Program-made: the position numbers and the translations under genes | In this document: piece after piece, positions 19,178-27,968 of the stretch | Position numbering within the stretch: the first letter of the stretch is position 1 | Layout: every line of letters begins with the position of its first letter | Sequence record: PP856017.1 | DNA length: 64,000 bases | Direction: 5' to 3' (one strand) | Notes under the pieces: model-generated | Seen by the model: the letters and a program-made list of their open reading frames with translations, nothing else | Database searches by the model: none | What the model was told of the DNA's origin: nothing

Positions 19178-20210
19178 CTTCAAGTGCACCTTCTGTTCGT
19201 CAACCGACATCCAGGGCGATTCTCCTAACCTGGATGTCGAGTACATCAAGCTGTATCTGGAGCGCTTTCCGAAGACACCGACCATCATTGTGAATGGCGG
19301 CGACCCTCTGATGATGAAACCCGAGTACTACTGGGAGATTCTGAAGATAATCGAGGACATGGGCCTCACGACCACACTCTCGTTTACAAGCAATCTGTGG
19401 GCTTTCTACAAGAAGCCTAGCATGTGGGTGGATCTGTTCCGCCATCCGCTTGTAGGGGTCTCTACGAGCTTCCAATACGGTAATGCGCGCCTTAAGGGCG
19501 ACCTCACCCCGTTTACGGAAGAAGAATTCTGGAAAGTGTCCGACATGATGCTCGAACTGGTCGGATATCGTCCATCATTCATCGCAGTCATCACGAAAGA
19601 AAATGAACATACCGCGATCCAGACTGTCGAGCTTGCTAAACGCATGGGTGTTGTCTGCAAGCTTAACTATGCAATGGCGTCGGGACCTAAGACGGTCTTC
19701 AAGGGAATCACGATCGGCAGCGCCGACTCCACCTACGTCCTGGCCGATATCTATGAAAAGTATATCGAGATCGCCCAAGCGGGTCTCGCGCCGTGGGAAC
19801 ATAACACGACGGTCATGATCAATCGGCTGAAGGGACAAGCTTCTCAAATGTGCCCTCAGGCCCGTGAATGCGATGAAGGCATTCGTGCATTGCAGCCAGG
19901 TGGGAAGTACTACAGCTGTGGTGCATTTGGCGACGACGGATTATATCCGATCGACTTCGCTAATGAGATGGCGGGAGGCTTCGAAACCCCGCTGCGTTAT
20001 CAGCCTGAATTGCAATCGCTCAAGAACTCGTGCTACGAGTGCCCTATGTTTAGCATCTGCAATGGTTGCCGTAAGACCACGCACGATCTTAAACGTCTTG
20101 ACCTGGTGGAATACCACTGCTCCAAGATGAAGACGCTTGCTCCAGAAATTATCGACCTGAATGGGTTAACTGGCCGACTAAAGCCTACGCCCTATGTGAA
20201 GGAGACATGA
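19131..20210 (+). CDS. radical SAM/SPASM enzyme (rSAM-4)
   Basis: ATG 19131; TEACNFKCTFC; NGGDP; CPQARECD..PGGKYYSC; CYECPMFSICNGC...C. Confidence 0.9.
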   Translation: MSSHPSLIIKPTEACNFKCTFCSSTDIQGDSPNLDVEYIKLYLERFPKTPTIIVNGGDPLMMKPEYYWEILKIIEDMGLTTTLSFTSNLWAFYKKPSMWVDLFRHPLVGVSTSFQYGNARLKGDLTPFTEEEFWKVSDMMLELVGYRPSFIAVITKENEHTAIQTVELAKRMGVVCKLNYAMASGPKTVFKGITIGSADSTYVLADIYEKYIEIAQAGLAPWEHNTTVMINRLKGQASQMCPQARECDEGIRALQPGGKYYSCGAFGDDGLYPIDFANEMAGGFETPLRYQPELQSLKNSCYECPMFSICNGCRKTTHDLKRLDLVEYHCSKMKTLAPEIIDLNGLTGRLKPTPYVKET

Positions 20211-20755
20211 TGGAACTGCTTCAACCTTGGAAGACGAGCATCGGGAAAATGTCTGTTCTCGATTTACTGGATATCGACTCGATGCTCAATGAAGTCATGA
20301 ACCACCCGAAGGTGATGGAGAACCCAGTCAATGGTTCTCTTCGGGTGAAGTATGAAGAATTCCCGATCTGCTCGGAAGCTCTGGAGAAGGTGCTCAAGCC
20401 AATCGTCGAAGCGTACATCATCAACATCGGTGGACGTGCACCTCGCAGCCTTTCCTGGAGTAGCTGGTTTCACATCTGTATGCATGGTAACGGACTCATC
20501 CCCCACTACCATGACGAAGCACTGAATTCCGTTCTTTATTTTACAACGTCGAAGGCTAACCTGGTGCTACGCGATCCCCTGTCATCCCAAGCGAGACAGT
20601 GGCCGCAAGACATGCGCAAGCTTATGCACGCCGACCAACAGTTTCATCCAGTCAAGGGCGATCTCCTCCTCTTCCCAGGATACGTTGATCACTACGTAAT
20701 GGCAGATGAACCGGACTTCCGGATCTCCATGGCAACAGACTGGATCTTCAGATAG
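20207..20755 (+). CDS. putative 2OG-Fe(II) oxygenase (HxH type)
   Basis: PHYH..LNSVLY..LVLRDP..PVKGDLLLFPGYVDHYV..FRISMA. Confidence 0.8.
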   Translation: MMELLQPWKTSIGKMSVLDLLDIDSMLNEVMNHPKVMENPVNGSLRVKYEEFPICSEALEKVLKPIVEAYIINIGGRAPRSLSWSSWFHICMHGNGLIPHYHDEALNSVLYFTTSKANLVLRDPLSSQARQWPQDMRKLMHADQQFHPVKGDLLLFPGYVDHYVMADEPDFRISMATDWIFR

Positions 20756-20762
20756 GATCATC

Positions 20763-21707
20763 ATGCTGGCAAACGAATCCGGGATCATCAACGTCTCGTT
20801 GAATCCCACGTACTACTGTAACTTCCGTTGTGACTTCTGTTATCTCACGAAGAAGCAACTGAACACACAGGACTACCTGCCTGTAGCAGGTATTCGTAAG
20901 AAGCTTCAGGAGATCCTGGATTCGGGCCACCAGATTGGGCACGTGGATTTCTATGGCGGTGAGGTAATGCTCCTGCCGATTTCCTATCTTCAGGAAGTCG
21001 AACAGATGCTTTTCGATGAGTTCAAGATCGAAGACGTCGAGGTCATCACGAACCTTTCCGCCTACAAAAAACCGATCGTGGAAGACACGCGATTTGGTCT
21101 TTCTGTGAGTTACGATTTCGAGCATCGAGCACAGCACGAACACGTGTGGCAAAACATGCTAAAAGTCCCGAAACCCTTTACTGTATTGACTTTGGGGGTG
21201 GGGGGAGTGCTTGCGATGGACCCTTCTGAATTGGTGGAACGCATCAATTTGCTGGGCAATTGCAAGGCTTGGGAGATCAAGCCGTACAGCAAGAATCAGG
21301 CGAACCAACTGGACGTCACAGACGCTCAGTTCGAGGAGTTCGTCAAGAAGATCATCGAGTACCCGAACAAGAATTTCGAGTTCCTGAACGAGACGAAACT
21401 TCGCACCATTCAGTTCCGCGACTACAACGCATTCTCGAACAACCACGTCTACATTACCCCTAAGGGTAACTTCGGGGTGTTGGAGTTCGATGAGAACGAT
21501 CGCGAATATTTCAAGGAACTCAAGACGTTCGACGCATATGTGGCATGGACTCAGGAAGAACAGGTCCGTGTCATGACCAATCCGATCTGTGGTAGCTGCG
21601 AATACATGGGTAAGTGTGCAAGTGAACATCTGCGTGATGTTCAGTCCATGGAAAACAGCTGCAATGGTTTTTACAATCTGATCCAGTGGTACGAGAAACG
21701 ACCATGA
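20763..21707 (+). CDS. radical SAM enzyme with partial SPASM domain (rSAM-5)
   Basis: ATG 20763; YCNFRCDFC; FYGGEV; C-terminal CGSCEYMGKC..C. Confidence 0.85.
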   Translation: MLANESGIINVSLNPTYYCNFRCDFCYLTKKQLNTQDYLPVAGIRKKLQEILDSGHQIGHVDFYGGEVMLLPISYLQEVEQMLFDEFKIEDVEVITNLSAYKKPIVEDTRFGLSVSYDFEHRAQHEHVWQNMLKVPKPFTVLTLGVGGVLAMDPSELVERINLLGNCKAWEIKPYSKNQANQLDVTDAQFEEFVKKIIEYPNKNFEFLNETKLRTIQFRDYNAFSNNHVYITPKGNFGVLEFDENDREYFKELKTFDAYVAWTQEEQVRVMTNPICGSCEYMGKCASEHLRDVQSMENSCNGFYNLIQWYEKRP

Positions 21708-22273
21708 GTAAACAACTCCTGACTAAGTGGGTGACTCCGATCGCTCAGTCACTCGACACTCGTTCAGTGAAGGTGGCAGCTGAGATGTTGGACGAAGTCA
21801 TGGTTCACCCGAATATCATGAAGGATGTGAAGGTCGGCTCTCTTCGCATCTCTGATTGCCTGGAAGAGTTTCCCATCTGCACGTCGTACATTCAGAACGT
21901 GCTGCGTCCTGAGGTCGACATGTATGTGAGAGGCGCGTTCTCACATACGCCCAAGAACCTGAGATGGTCTGCATGGGTACACACCTGCCTCAATGGCAAT
22001 GGTTTGGTTCCGCATTACCACATGGGTGACGAACATGTTGCGTCGATCTTCTATCTGACGGAATCGAAGGCGGGATTGTTTATCCGCAATCCGTTGGCTA
22101 ACCAGATCCGTAACTGGCCGCAGGAGATCCTGACAGGTCCGCATATGCGCGACATCTGCATTGATCCTCGTCCCGGCAAGTTCGTCGCCTTTCCTACTTA
22201 CCTCGATCACTACGTGATGGCGGCTGAGCCCGACTTCCGTGTGTCGATCGCAATCGATTGGTGTTTCGAATGA
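21704..22273 (+). CDS. putative 2OG-Fe(II) oxygenase, paralogue of 20207-20755
   Basis: ATGA overlap with rSAM-5 stop; PHYH..VASIFY..PRPGKFVAFPTYLDHYV..FRVSIA. Confidence 0.8.
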   Translation: MSKQLLTKWVTPIAQSLDTRSVKVAAEMLDEVMVHPNIMKDVKVGSLRISDCLEEFPICTSYIQNVLRPEVDMYVRGAFSHTPKNLRWSAWVHTCLNGNGLVPHYHMGDEHVASIFYLTESKAGLFIRNPLANQIRNWPQEILTGPHMRDICIDPRPGKFVAFPTYLDHYVMAAEPDFRVSIAIDWCFE

Positions 22274-22938
22274 TCAATCCTCTCACGCAAGACGCGTTCG
22301 AGCGTTTCAAAGAAACGATGTCGAGCCACGCACAACACATCGAGATGAAGCCGTTCAATGCGGACGACTTCCTGGGAGACTATCTGACGAAGGGTTTCTA
22401 CTCGTTCAGCGCCGCCAAACTTCTGGCACCGATCGAGATCCAGCGTTTCAAGGTGGTTACCGTCAAACACGAAGACAACTGCTTTCATGCAGAAGGTCAC
22501 GAGTTCCACGATAACTACATGCAGCTGTCGATCGAACAACTTGGCCGCGATTTGCGTCGCTTGTTGCATGAAGTGCCGGCTGAACTCCAGTTCGACTTCT
22601 ACACGGATTCGGTCAATGACCACGTGCAGTTGTGGCATAGCGACGCGCAGTATGCGATGCCTGGTCAGAACGCGACGATCAACTGCTTCTTCAACAACAC
22701 GAACGAAACGATCGGCGGTCGTTTCGACATGGCACCTTACTCTGCCGACATCATCGGCACGAAGAAGTTGCCTGGCTATTTCACGTCGATCTATCCGCAA
22801 TGCTACGACGTCATCATCTTCAACCAGAACCGGAATTTCCTGCATAAGGCAATTCCATCGGTGATGAAACGTCGCATGCTGTCGTTCGCGGCTACGTTCG
22901 AAAACATCAACCCTCTTCTCCCGAACTGGCAAGCATGA
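22270..22938 (+). CDS. putative 2OG-Fe(II) oxygenase (HxD type, P4H/EGLN-like)
   Basis: WHSD..TINCFF..GGRFDM..VIIFNQ..FLHKA..RRMLSF. Confidence 0.7.
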   Translation: MINPLTQDAFERFKETMSSHAQHIEMKPFNADDFLGDYLTKGFYSFSAAKLLAPIEIQRFKVVTVKHEDNCFHAEGHEFHDNYMQLSIEQLGRDLRRLLHEVPAELQFDFYTDSVNDHVQLWHSDAQYAMPGQNATINCFFNNTNETIGGRFDMAPYSADIIGTKKLPGYFTSIYPQCYDVIIFNQNRNFLHKAIPSVMKRRMLSFAATFENINPLLPNWQA

Positions 22939-23516
22939 TCGACATCGGCGAATTCTTTACCGACTATCTCACCAAAGGGCATTATCGCTTCAACGCTGCG
23001 GAAGTGCTCTCGCAGTTTGACCTGAAGCTCTTTGGTGAAATCAAAAAAGTCGATGCAACCTTCGACACGGAAGATCCGGAAGAGCGCTACAAGAACTACA
23101 CCATGTTCCAAAGCGCGGAATTGCGTGCTTTGCGTGATGAACTCAGCGAGAAGTATTTCAAAGAGCTCAATCACGAACTGCGCTTCAACGACATGTGGTC
23201 GACCGCAAATCCGTACACCTACAGCTGGCACAACGACACGCTTCGTTGCTGGCCTGGGTTCAACAGCAATGTGAACTGTTATTTCGACGACATGGATGCG
23301 TCGATTGGTGGTGCCTTGCAAATGCACCCGACAGTGGAAGATTATGATACGATCATGGACGACAGTCCGATGATCTCGGAGACCTTCCCCAAGAAGTTCG
23401 ACATCATCGTCATTAACCAGAACAGCAACTGGCTTCATCGCGTGCGTCATACCGACCATCCGCGTCTGATGCTCTCGTTCTCAGCTGCGTTCTTCGACAT
23501 CAATCCGGTGATCTGA
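22935..23516 (+). CDS. putative 2OG-Fe(II) oxygenase, paralogue of 22270-22938
   Basis: WHND..NVNCYF..GGALQM..IIVINQ..WLHRV..RLMLSF. Confidence 0.7.
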   Translation: MIDIGEFFTDYLTKGHYRFNAAEVLSQFDLKLFGEIKKVDATFDTEDPEERYKNYTMFQSAELRALRDELSEKYFKELNHELRFNDMWSTANPYTYSWHNDTLRCWPGFNSNVNCYFDDMDASIGGALQMHPTVEDYDTIMDDSPMISETFPKKFDIIVINQNSNWLHRVRHTDHPRLMLSFSAAFFDINPVI

Positions 23517-23935
23517 TGCAAGAATGGAAAATGTGGCGAGAGGTCTACAACAATCTCGTTCAGGACCACTCCGATGCAAGAGACAAACACAAATTCGTCG
23601 TCAGCGATACCGTCGTCGACGATGCAATCGAGTACGTTACTCGACAAAGCGATATTGGACGATATCCTGGCAAAAGCCGAATCGTGGCTATCATCTATTC
23701 GCTGTGCATTTCAGAAACTTATGGAGAGGATTTTATCTCGGTTCTCAATGATCCGGAACTCTTCCATAGCCCGGACGAATTCTTCGTGCCGTATTCCCAA
23801 GACAAAGAGACGTACGATGCGATCATTGCCCGTCTCCAAGGTATCCCTGGCTGGATTAAGAGGGGTTGGGCACCAAAGACGGTTGAGTACTTCCACCTGG
23901 AGTGTACTGAAGCGGGCGTGAACTCGATTACCTAG
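23516..23935 (+). CDS. hypothetical protein, last gene of modification cluster
   Basis: 139 aa, TGATG translational coupling to previous gene. Confidence 0.6.
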   Translation: MQEWKMWREVYNNLVQDHSDARDKHKFVVSDTVVDDAIEYVTRQSDIGRYPGKSRIVAIIYSLCISETYGEDFISVLNDPELFHSPDEFFVPYSQDKETYDAIIARLQGIPGWIKRGWAPKTVEYFHLECTEAGVNSIT

Positions 23936-23969
23936 AATCCTATAGCGTACGTCTAACTAGGGGATTCAC

Positions 23970-24278
23970 ATGGCATTCGACCTCACGAAAATCGCTGCCT
24001 CGATGACCGCACTTACCCAGTGGGTGAAGGACGGTCTGTCGAAGAAAGCGGATGCGACCGCAACAACGAATGCGCTGGCCAGTAAAGCCAATGCAAGCGA
24101 TCTCTCGACCACCAATCAGAATTTGACCAATCTTGCAACGACGGTTGGTCAGAAGGCAGATGCGACGGCTACCACCAACGCTCTGGCTGGCAAGCAAAGC
24201 ACGATCCTGACAGGTACGGCTGCGCCTGCAAACACGGTGGGTAATGACGGTGATGTTTTTCTTGTTACCGACAGTTAA
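23970..24278 (+). CDS. short tail-fibre-like protein
   Basis: GGGA RBS; KADATATTNALA twice; ends TILTGTAAPANTVGNDGDVFL, a fibre-type motif. Confidence 0.65.
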   Translation: MAFDLTKIAASMTALTQWVKDGLSKKADATATTNALASKANASDLSTTNQNLTNLATTVGQKADATATTNALAGKQSTILTGTAAPANTVGNDGDVFLVTDS

Positions 24279-24289
24279 TAGCATAAGCT

Positions 24290-24321
24290 CATACACTCCT
24301 GGCCTAGGCCAGGAGTGTATG
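24290..24321. terminator. perfect 32-bp palindrome / bidirectional terminator
   Basis: CATACACTCCTGGCCTAGGCCAGGAGTGTATG between convergent stops. Confidence 0.75.
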
Positions 24322-24332
24322 GTCTATGTCTG

Positions 24333-25025
24333 TCAGGCTGCACCCGCGTACCAGTTGTTTTCCCAGATGAAACAGGGAATAGCAATTGCTGCATTGGGAT
24401 CACCCGTGCCCGTGCCAGCATCGCCAGCAGGATAGGTAACACCATTGTTTTGTTCAGTGAATGCTGCTGAACCTACTTTACCAATCAACAGGTAAGCGCT
24501 TCGGTATGCCATGTTGGCATTGCCATAGATAGCAGCAGTCCCTCCAACGCGATAGACGGCCGCTGGCAGGCTGTTTCGCATGTGACCACCCAACGGCTCA
24601 TCGTAGCTGATCAGAGCGAATAGCTGGCCTACAGGCATGGCGTTGAGGTCATTGGTGAGACCATCGATCTGACCACTGATTGCTGGAGCCGTACCCGGAT
24701 CGATGATGTACTGATCTTCACCAAAAACGTCATAACCTTTCTGGAATGTGATGTTGCCATACTTGTCGAACTGCACAAGGTTATAGCTTCGAGCAGCGGT
24801 GAAAACCTGCACGCCATTTTTCTGTACACCACGATTGGTGGCAGGCTGGAGCGTTTGCGCAAGACCCAATGCGAAGATCGCAAAGTTACTACGACCAAAG
24901 GTCTGCTTCCAGACTCCGCCTTTTTTGATGTAGACGCTATTGACCCGTTTCCAGGCCCCAGCGACTTTGTAATAAATCTTGGCAGCATGGTGAAATACCC
25001 CCGCTGCTTTAGAATAGATTGTCAT
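24333..25025 (-). CDS. fibre-associated protein with ILEI/GG (FAM3-like) carbohydrate-binding domain
   Basis: N-terminal K..GxWK repeats; YNLVQFD..FDV..LNAMPVGQLFALISYDE..YRSAYLLIGKVG. Confidence 0.6.
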   Translation of the reverse strand: MTIYSKAAGVFHHAAKIYYKVAGAWKRVNSVYIKKGGVWKQTFGRSNFAIFALGLAQTLQPATNRGVQKNGVQVFTAARSYNLVQFDKYGNITFQKGYDVFGEDQYIIDPGTAPAISGQIDGLTNDLNAMPVGQLFALISYDEPLGGHMRNSLPAAVYRVGGTAAIYGNANMAYRSAYLLIGKVGSAAFTEQNNGVTYPAGDAGTGTGDPNAAIAIPCFIWENNWYAGAA

Positions 25026-25027
25026 GG

Positions 25028-26380
25028 TTAAGTTCTGGAGACAAATTCGCCATTCTGAATGGTAAACCGCTTACGCAATCCCCCATCGAGTCCGTCAGTC
25101 GCAGCACCTGTTTCGGCGGAGCCTGCCGCCCCTTCGTAGAAAGTACTCACTCCCTTTTTACCCATCAGGATATATCCTGAATGAGGAGGAAGGCTTCCTG
25201 CCGTAAACTGAGCAGAATTACCACCCAAAGTGGCAATGATTGGAGCCATTAGTTGCTGGTTAGCGCCAGGAATGTCGAAGCTGAAAAGAGCAAATAGCTG
25301 ACCGGTCGGCATCGCATTCACAATTGCTTGGAAAGCAGCAACATTATCGCTTGCATTAGATGCATAGGTGTCGCATCCGTGAGTGTCGACGCTAACCGTG
25401 CCGTCGGCATTGAACTTCACCAGGTTATAGCTACGGATAACCGGGTTGTTGGTACCGTTGACTGGAGGCCACGGCTCACCAGGCTTTCTGATATCACTAC
25501 CTAAATAGTCCGTCCAGTTCGGTCCAAGGGTGTAGACCTGAACACCGTTCAGGAGAAGACCCGCCAGCTGTCTCGGATAAACAGTTTGCTGCAGACCCAG
25601 TGCATACAGACTGTAGTCCGGCAGACCGTTACCGTTCATCAGGTTCAGATGGAAGACTTCATTGTCTTGAATACTGAACGTGAGTACCAGTGCAGCATTG
25701 GCGTCCCCTGGTTCTCCACCAGGACCTGTTCCAGGATTGCCAGCTGAACCATCGCCATATTCGTCGCCGTTGTACGCTTCCATGTAAGCGCCCGTTCCCA
25801 CTTTAGCCAGCAGGATATAAGCGCCACGATAGAACATGGGCTGACCAAACACACTCGCCGATCCACCTACCCGGATAACCGAGTCCAGCAGATCGAATCC
25901 CGCCATCCCCAAGTGACCACGCTGCGGTTCATCATAACTGAATAGACAAAACAATTGCCCATCAGGCATGGCATCCAGAATAGTCTTCATCCGGTTGCCT
26001 TCGGAACTCGTTCCTGAGTTGTAGTCTGAAAGCGTATCGAAGTTGTAGAAGCTGATACCGTTGCCAAAATGATCGAACTGGACCAGATTGTAACCACGTC
26101 CACCAGCTGGTAGTGGATGAGGAACGCCTCCTGTGTCGTACAGGATGGCCGGATCGTAGACGTAAGCGCCATTGATCCACATACCACGATTCGTCGAAGG
26201 ATACAGTTGTTGTACCAATCCCAGAGCGTAGATCGTGTAATTGTTGTTCGCGTAGGTCTGCTTCCAGACACCATTGACTTTGATGTACATTTGTCGAATG
26301 GGCTTCCACACTCCTGCGATTTTGTAAAACGCAGTTGTGGCGTGTTTCCACGCCCCGGCTACTTTAGCGTAAAGTGACAT
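25028..26380 (-). CDS. fibre-associated protein with two ILEI/GG-like domains
   Basis: MSLYAKVAGAWK..KIAGVWK..KVNGVWK; two copies of YNLV.F...D.Y...AMP.GQLF.LFS.D...Y.L..K.G; GTG start at 26398 also possible. Confidence 0.6.
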   Translation of the reverse strand: MSLYAKVAGAWKHATTAFYKIAGVWKPIRQMYIKVNGVWKQTYANNNYTIYALGLVQQLYPSTNRGMWINGAYVYDPAILYDTGGVPHPLPAGGRGYNLVQFDHFGNGISFYNFDTLSDYNSGTSSEGNRMKTILDAMPDGQLFCLFSYDEPQRGHLGMAGFDLLDSVIRVGGSASVFGQPMFYRGAYILLAKVGTGAYMEAYNGDEYGDGSAGNPGTGPGGEPGDANAALVLTFSIQDNEVFHLNLMNGNGLPDYSLYALGLQQTVYPRQLAGLLLNGVQVYTLGPNWTDYLGSDIRKPGEPWPPVNGTNNPVIRSYNLVKFNADGTVSVDTHGCDTYASNASDNVAAFQAIVNAMPTGQLFALFSFDIPGANQQLMAPIIATLGGNSAQFTAGSLPPHSGYILMGKKGVSTFYEGAAGSAETGAATDGLDGGLRKRFTIQNGEFVSRT

Positions 26381-26412
26381 GTTGATTCGGGTAAGCACCC
26401 ACTCCTGGAATT

Positions 26413-27384
26413 TTAATAAGTCATCCGGTAAATGTCTTTTGTCTTGGTAACGATGATCAGTTCCGTACTTCCGCCAACCGCTCGCAGAATTTGATCGCCA
26501 GTCACACCAATAGGTGCAGTCTGAACAACCGCCGGATAACGATTGTTGACTAATGCGGGATCTGTAAAACCGATCTGAGTAGAAGCCGCTGCCTTACTAG
26601 CCAGAACGTAACTGTTCTTAAAGAAACCGACTGTGAAGCCGCTACCTTTAACCAGACCATCTGAATTCAGGATCTTCCAACGGTTATACGGAGTCTGAGG
26701 AAGCACGTATGCGCGGTTGATGTCGCACGTGTAACCTTCATCGCTACCAGTCAGGTTCCCTGTCTCAAGGAAGGACACAAACGTCTCGCCAGAAGGCGAG
26801 CCTGTACCCAGGTCGGCCTGGGTCACGCCATTGATGACAGTGTAATTCGAATTGTTGTTTGACCACCAGGATGTATTGCCTTCAGCTGCAAACGAAAAGA
26901 GGCTCGTCGCACCAAAGTTCCTTGACGTCAATCCACCACCATTCGGACTTTGTGCCGTATATGCCCAGACAGTAGCGTCGAGATTCGATACGTTGTAATA
27001 AATACCCGTGCCATTCGAATGTCGTACGTTAGCCTGAACGCCCTTGGAGTTACCAATCGCAACCAGATTAGTTTGAGAAAGCTTGGTACACGTCAAAGCA
27101 TTCAAAGCCAGTCCCAGATACCAGCCGTTGACCGCATAAGCATACCAGTGACCATGAGAATAAACGAAGCTCAGGATCGATGAACCATTTGTTGCATCAT
27201 AAACACGTGTTAAATTATCCAGGCTCGTACCGTATAGAATCTCACCAATGCTCGACCCGATGAGCCAGGTACCGTTCAGGTATTCTGCTGCGGTGATGGT
27301 TCCAGTAAGCGGCAGAGTCATTTGAGAAAAGGTTCCAACTGTCAGATTGCCTTTGCTCTTGGCTACCAACATTGACTCTAACAT
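26413..27384 (-). CDS. beta-rich accessory virion protein with MLESML tag
   Basis: MLESMLVAKSK N-terminus; Ser/Thr/Gly-rich beta-strand composition; AT-richer than core genes by eye. Confidence 0.55.
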   Translation of the reverse strand: MLESMLVAKSKGNLTVGTFSQMTLPLTGTITAAEYLNGTWLIGSSIGEILYGTSLDNLTRVYDATNGSSILSFVYSHGHWYAYAVNGWYLGLALNALTCTKLSQTNLVAIGNSKGVQANVRHSNGTGIYYNVSNLDATVWAYTAQSPNGGGLTSRNFGATSLFSFAAEGNTSWWSNNNSNYTVINGVTQADLGTGSPSGETFVSFLETGNLTGSDEGYTCDINRAYVLPQTPYNRWKILNSDGLVKGSGFTVGFFKNSYVLASKAAASTQIGFTDPALVNNRYPAVVQTAPIGVTGDQILRAVGGSTELIIVTKTKDIYRMTY

Positions 27385-27404
27385 GACTGTTCCAGGTAAA
27401 AGAT

Positions 27405-27420
27405 CATAAAATCTTGTGAC
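27405..27420. promoter_or_regulatory. overlapping divergent ATYTTRTG motifs (candidate late promoters)
   Basis: minus strand GATTTTATG (27405-27413) and plus strand ATCTTGTGAC (27411-27420), each 20-27 nt upstream of a tagged gene. Confidence 0.5.
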
Positions 27421-27446
27421 AATGATACATATCGCAGAAGGTTACT

Positions 27447-27959
27447 ATGCATGAAAGCATGCTTCTCAAAAAGAAATCTGTTGCGGCAGGATCATACAGA
27501 TACGTTAAGCTCAATCACATAACGGCAAATGGTACCCAGTATAACTGCGTCACCATTGGCGAAATCCAGATGTTCGATAGCACTGGTTCTACAAACTGGT
27601 GTCGGCAATCAGGTGTGATCGCAACAGCTTCGGGATTCTATCATGACGGAGTGAATCCAGATCAGGTAGCGTCTCAGGCAATTGATGGTATTTTAGACAC
27701 TTCAGCCGCTCATCGCTGGACGTCTAACCCGGATTCGCGAGCGACTAACTTTTCCACTACGCCTTTCTGGTTCTTGCTGGATTTTGGGGTAGCGCGAGCT
27801 ATTGACTCGGTGAAGTTGGCCCTGATCAGCGGTAATGGTCAGGATCCTGTGCATTTCACAATCGAAGGCAGTAACGATGGATCGTCCTTCACGGTATTTA
27901 AGGAGGTCAATCGTGGTGTATACGTCACTAACACATTTACGGAAGTTCTTGCAGTATAA
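27447..27959 (+). CDS. F5/8 type C (discoidin) domain protein with LLKKK tag
   Basis: MHESMLLKKK; IGEIQMFD, ATASG, ASQAIDG...RWTS, WFLLDFG, FTIEGSNDG..F. Confidence 0.8.
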   Translation: MHESMLLKKKSVAAGSYRYVKLNHITANGTQYNCVTIGEIQMFDSTGSTNWCRQSGVIATASGFYHDGVNPDQVASQAIDGILDTSAAHRWTSNPDSRATNFSTTPFWFLLDFGVARAIDSVKLALISGNGQDPVHFTIEGSNDGSSFTVFKEVNRGVYVTNTFTEVLAV

Positions 27960-27968
27960 GGGGGCGCC

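Noticed and set aside
11057-23935. DNA hypermodification or queuosine/7-deazaguanine pathway reading of the rSAM cluster
   Set aside because: No QueC/QueD/FolE/DpdA, dNMP hydroxymethylase, kinase or base-transferase visible; rSAMs look SPASM-type and a peptide-like substrate is adjacent. Not fully excluded without nucleoside analysis
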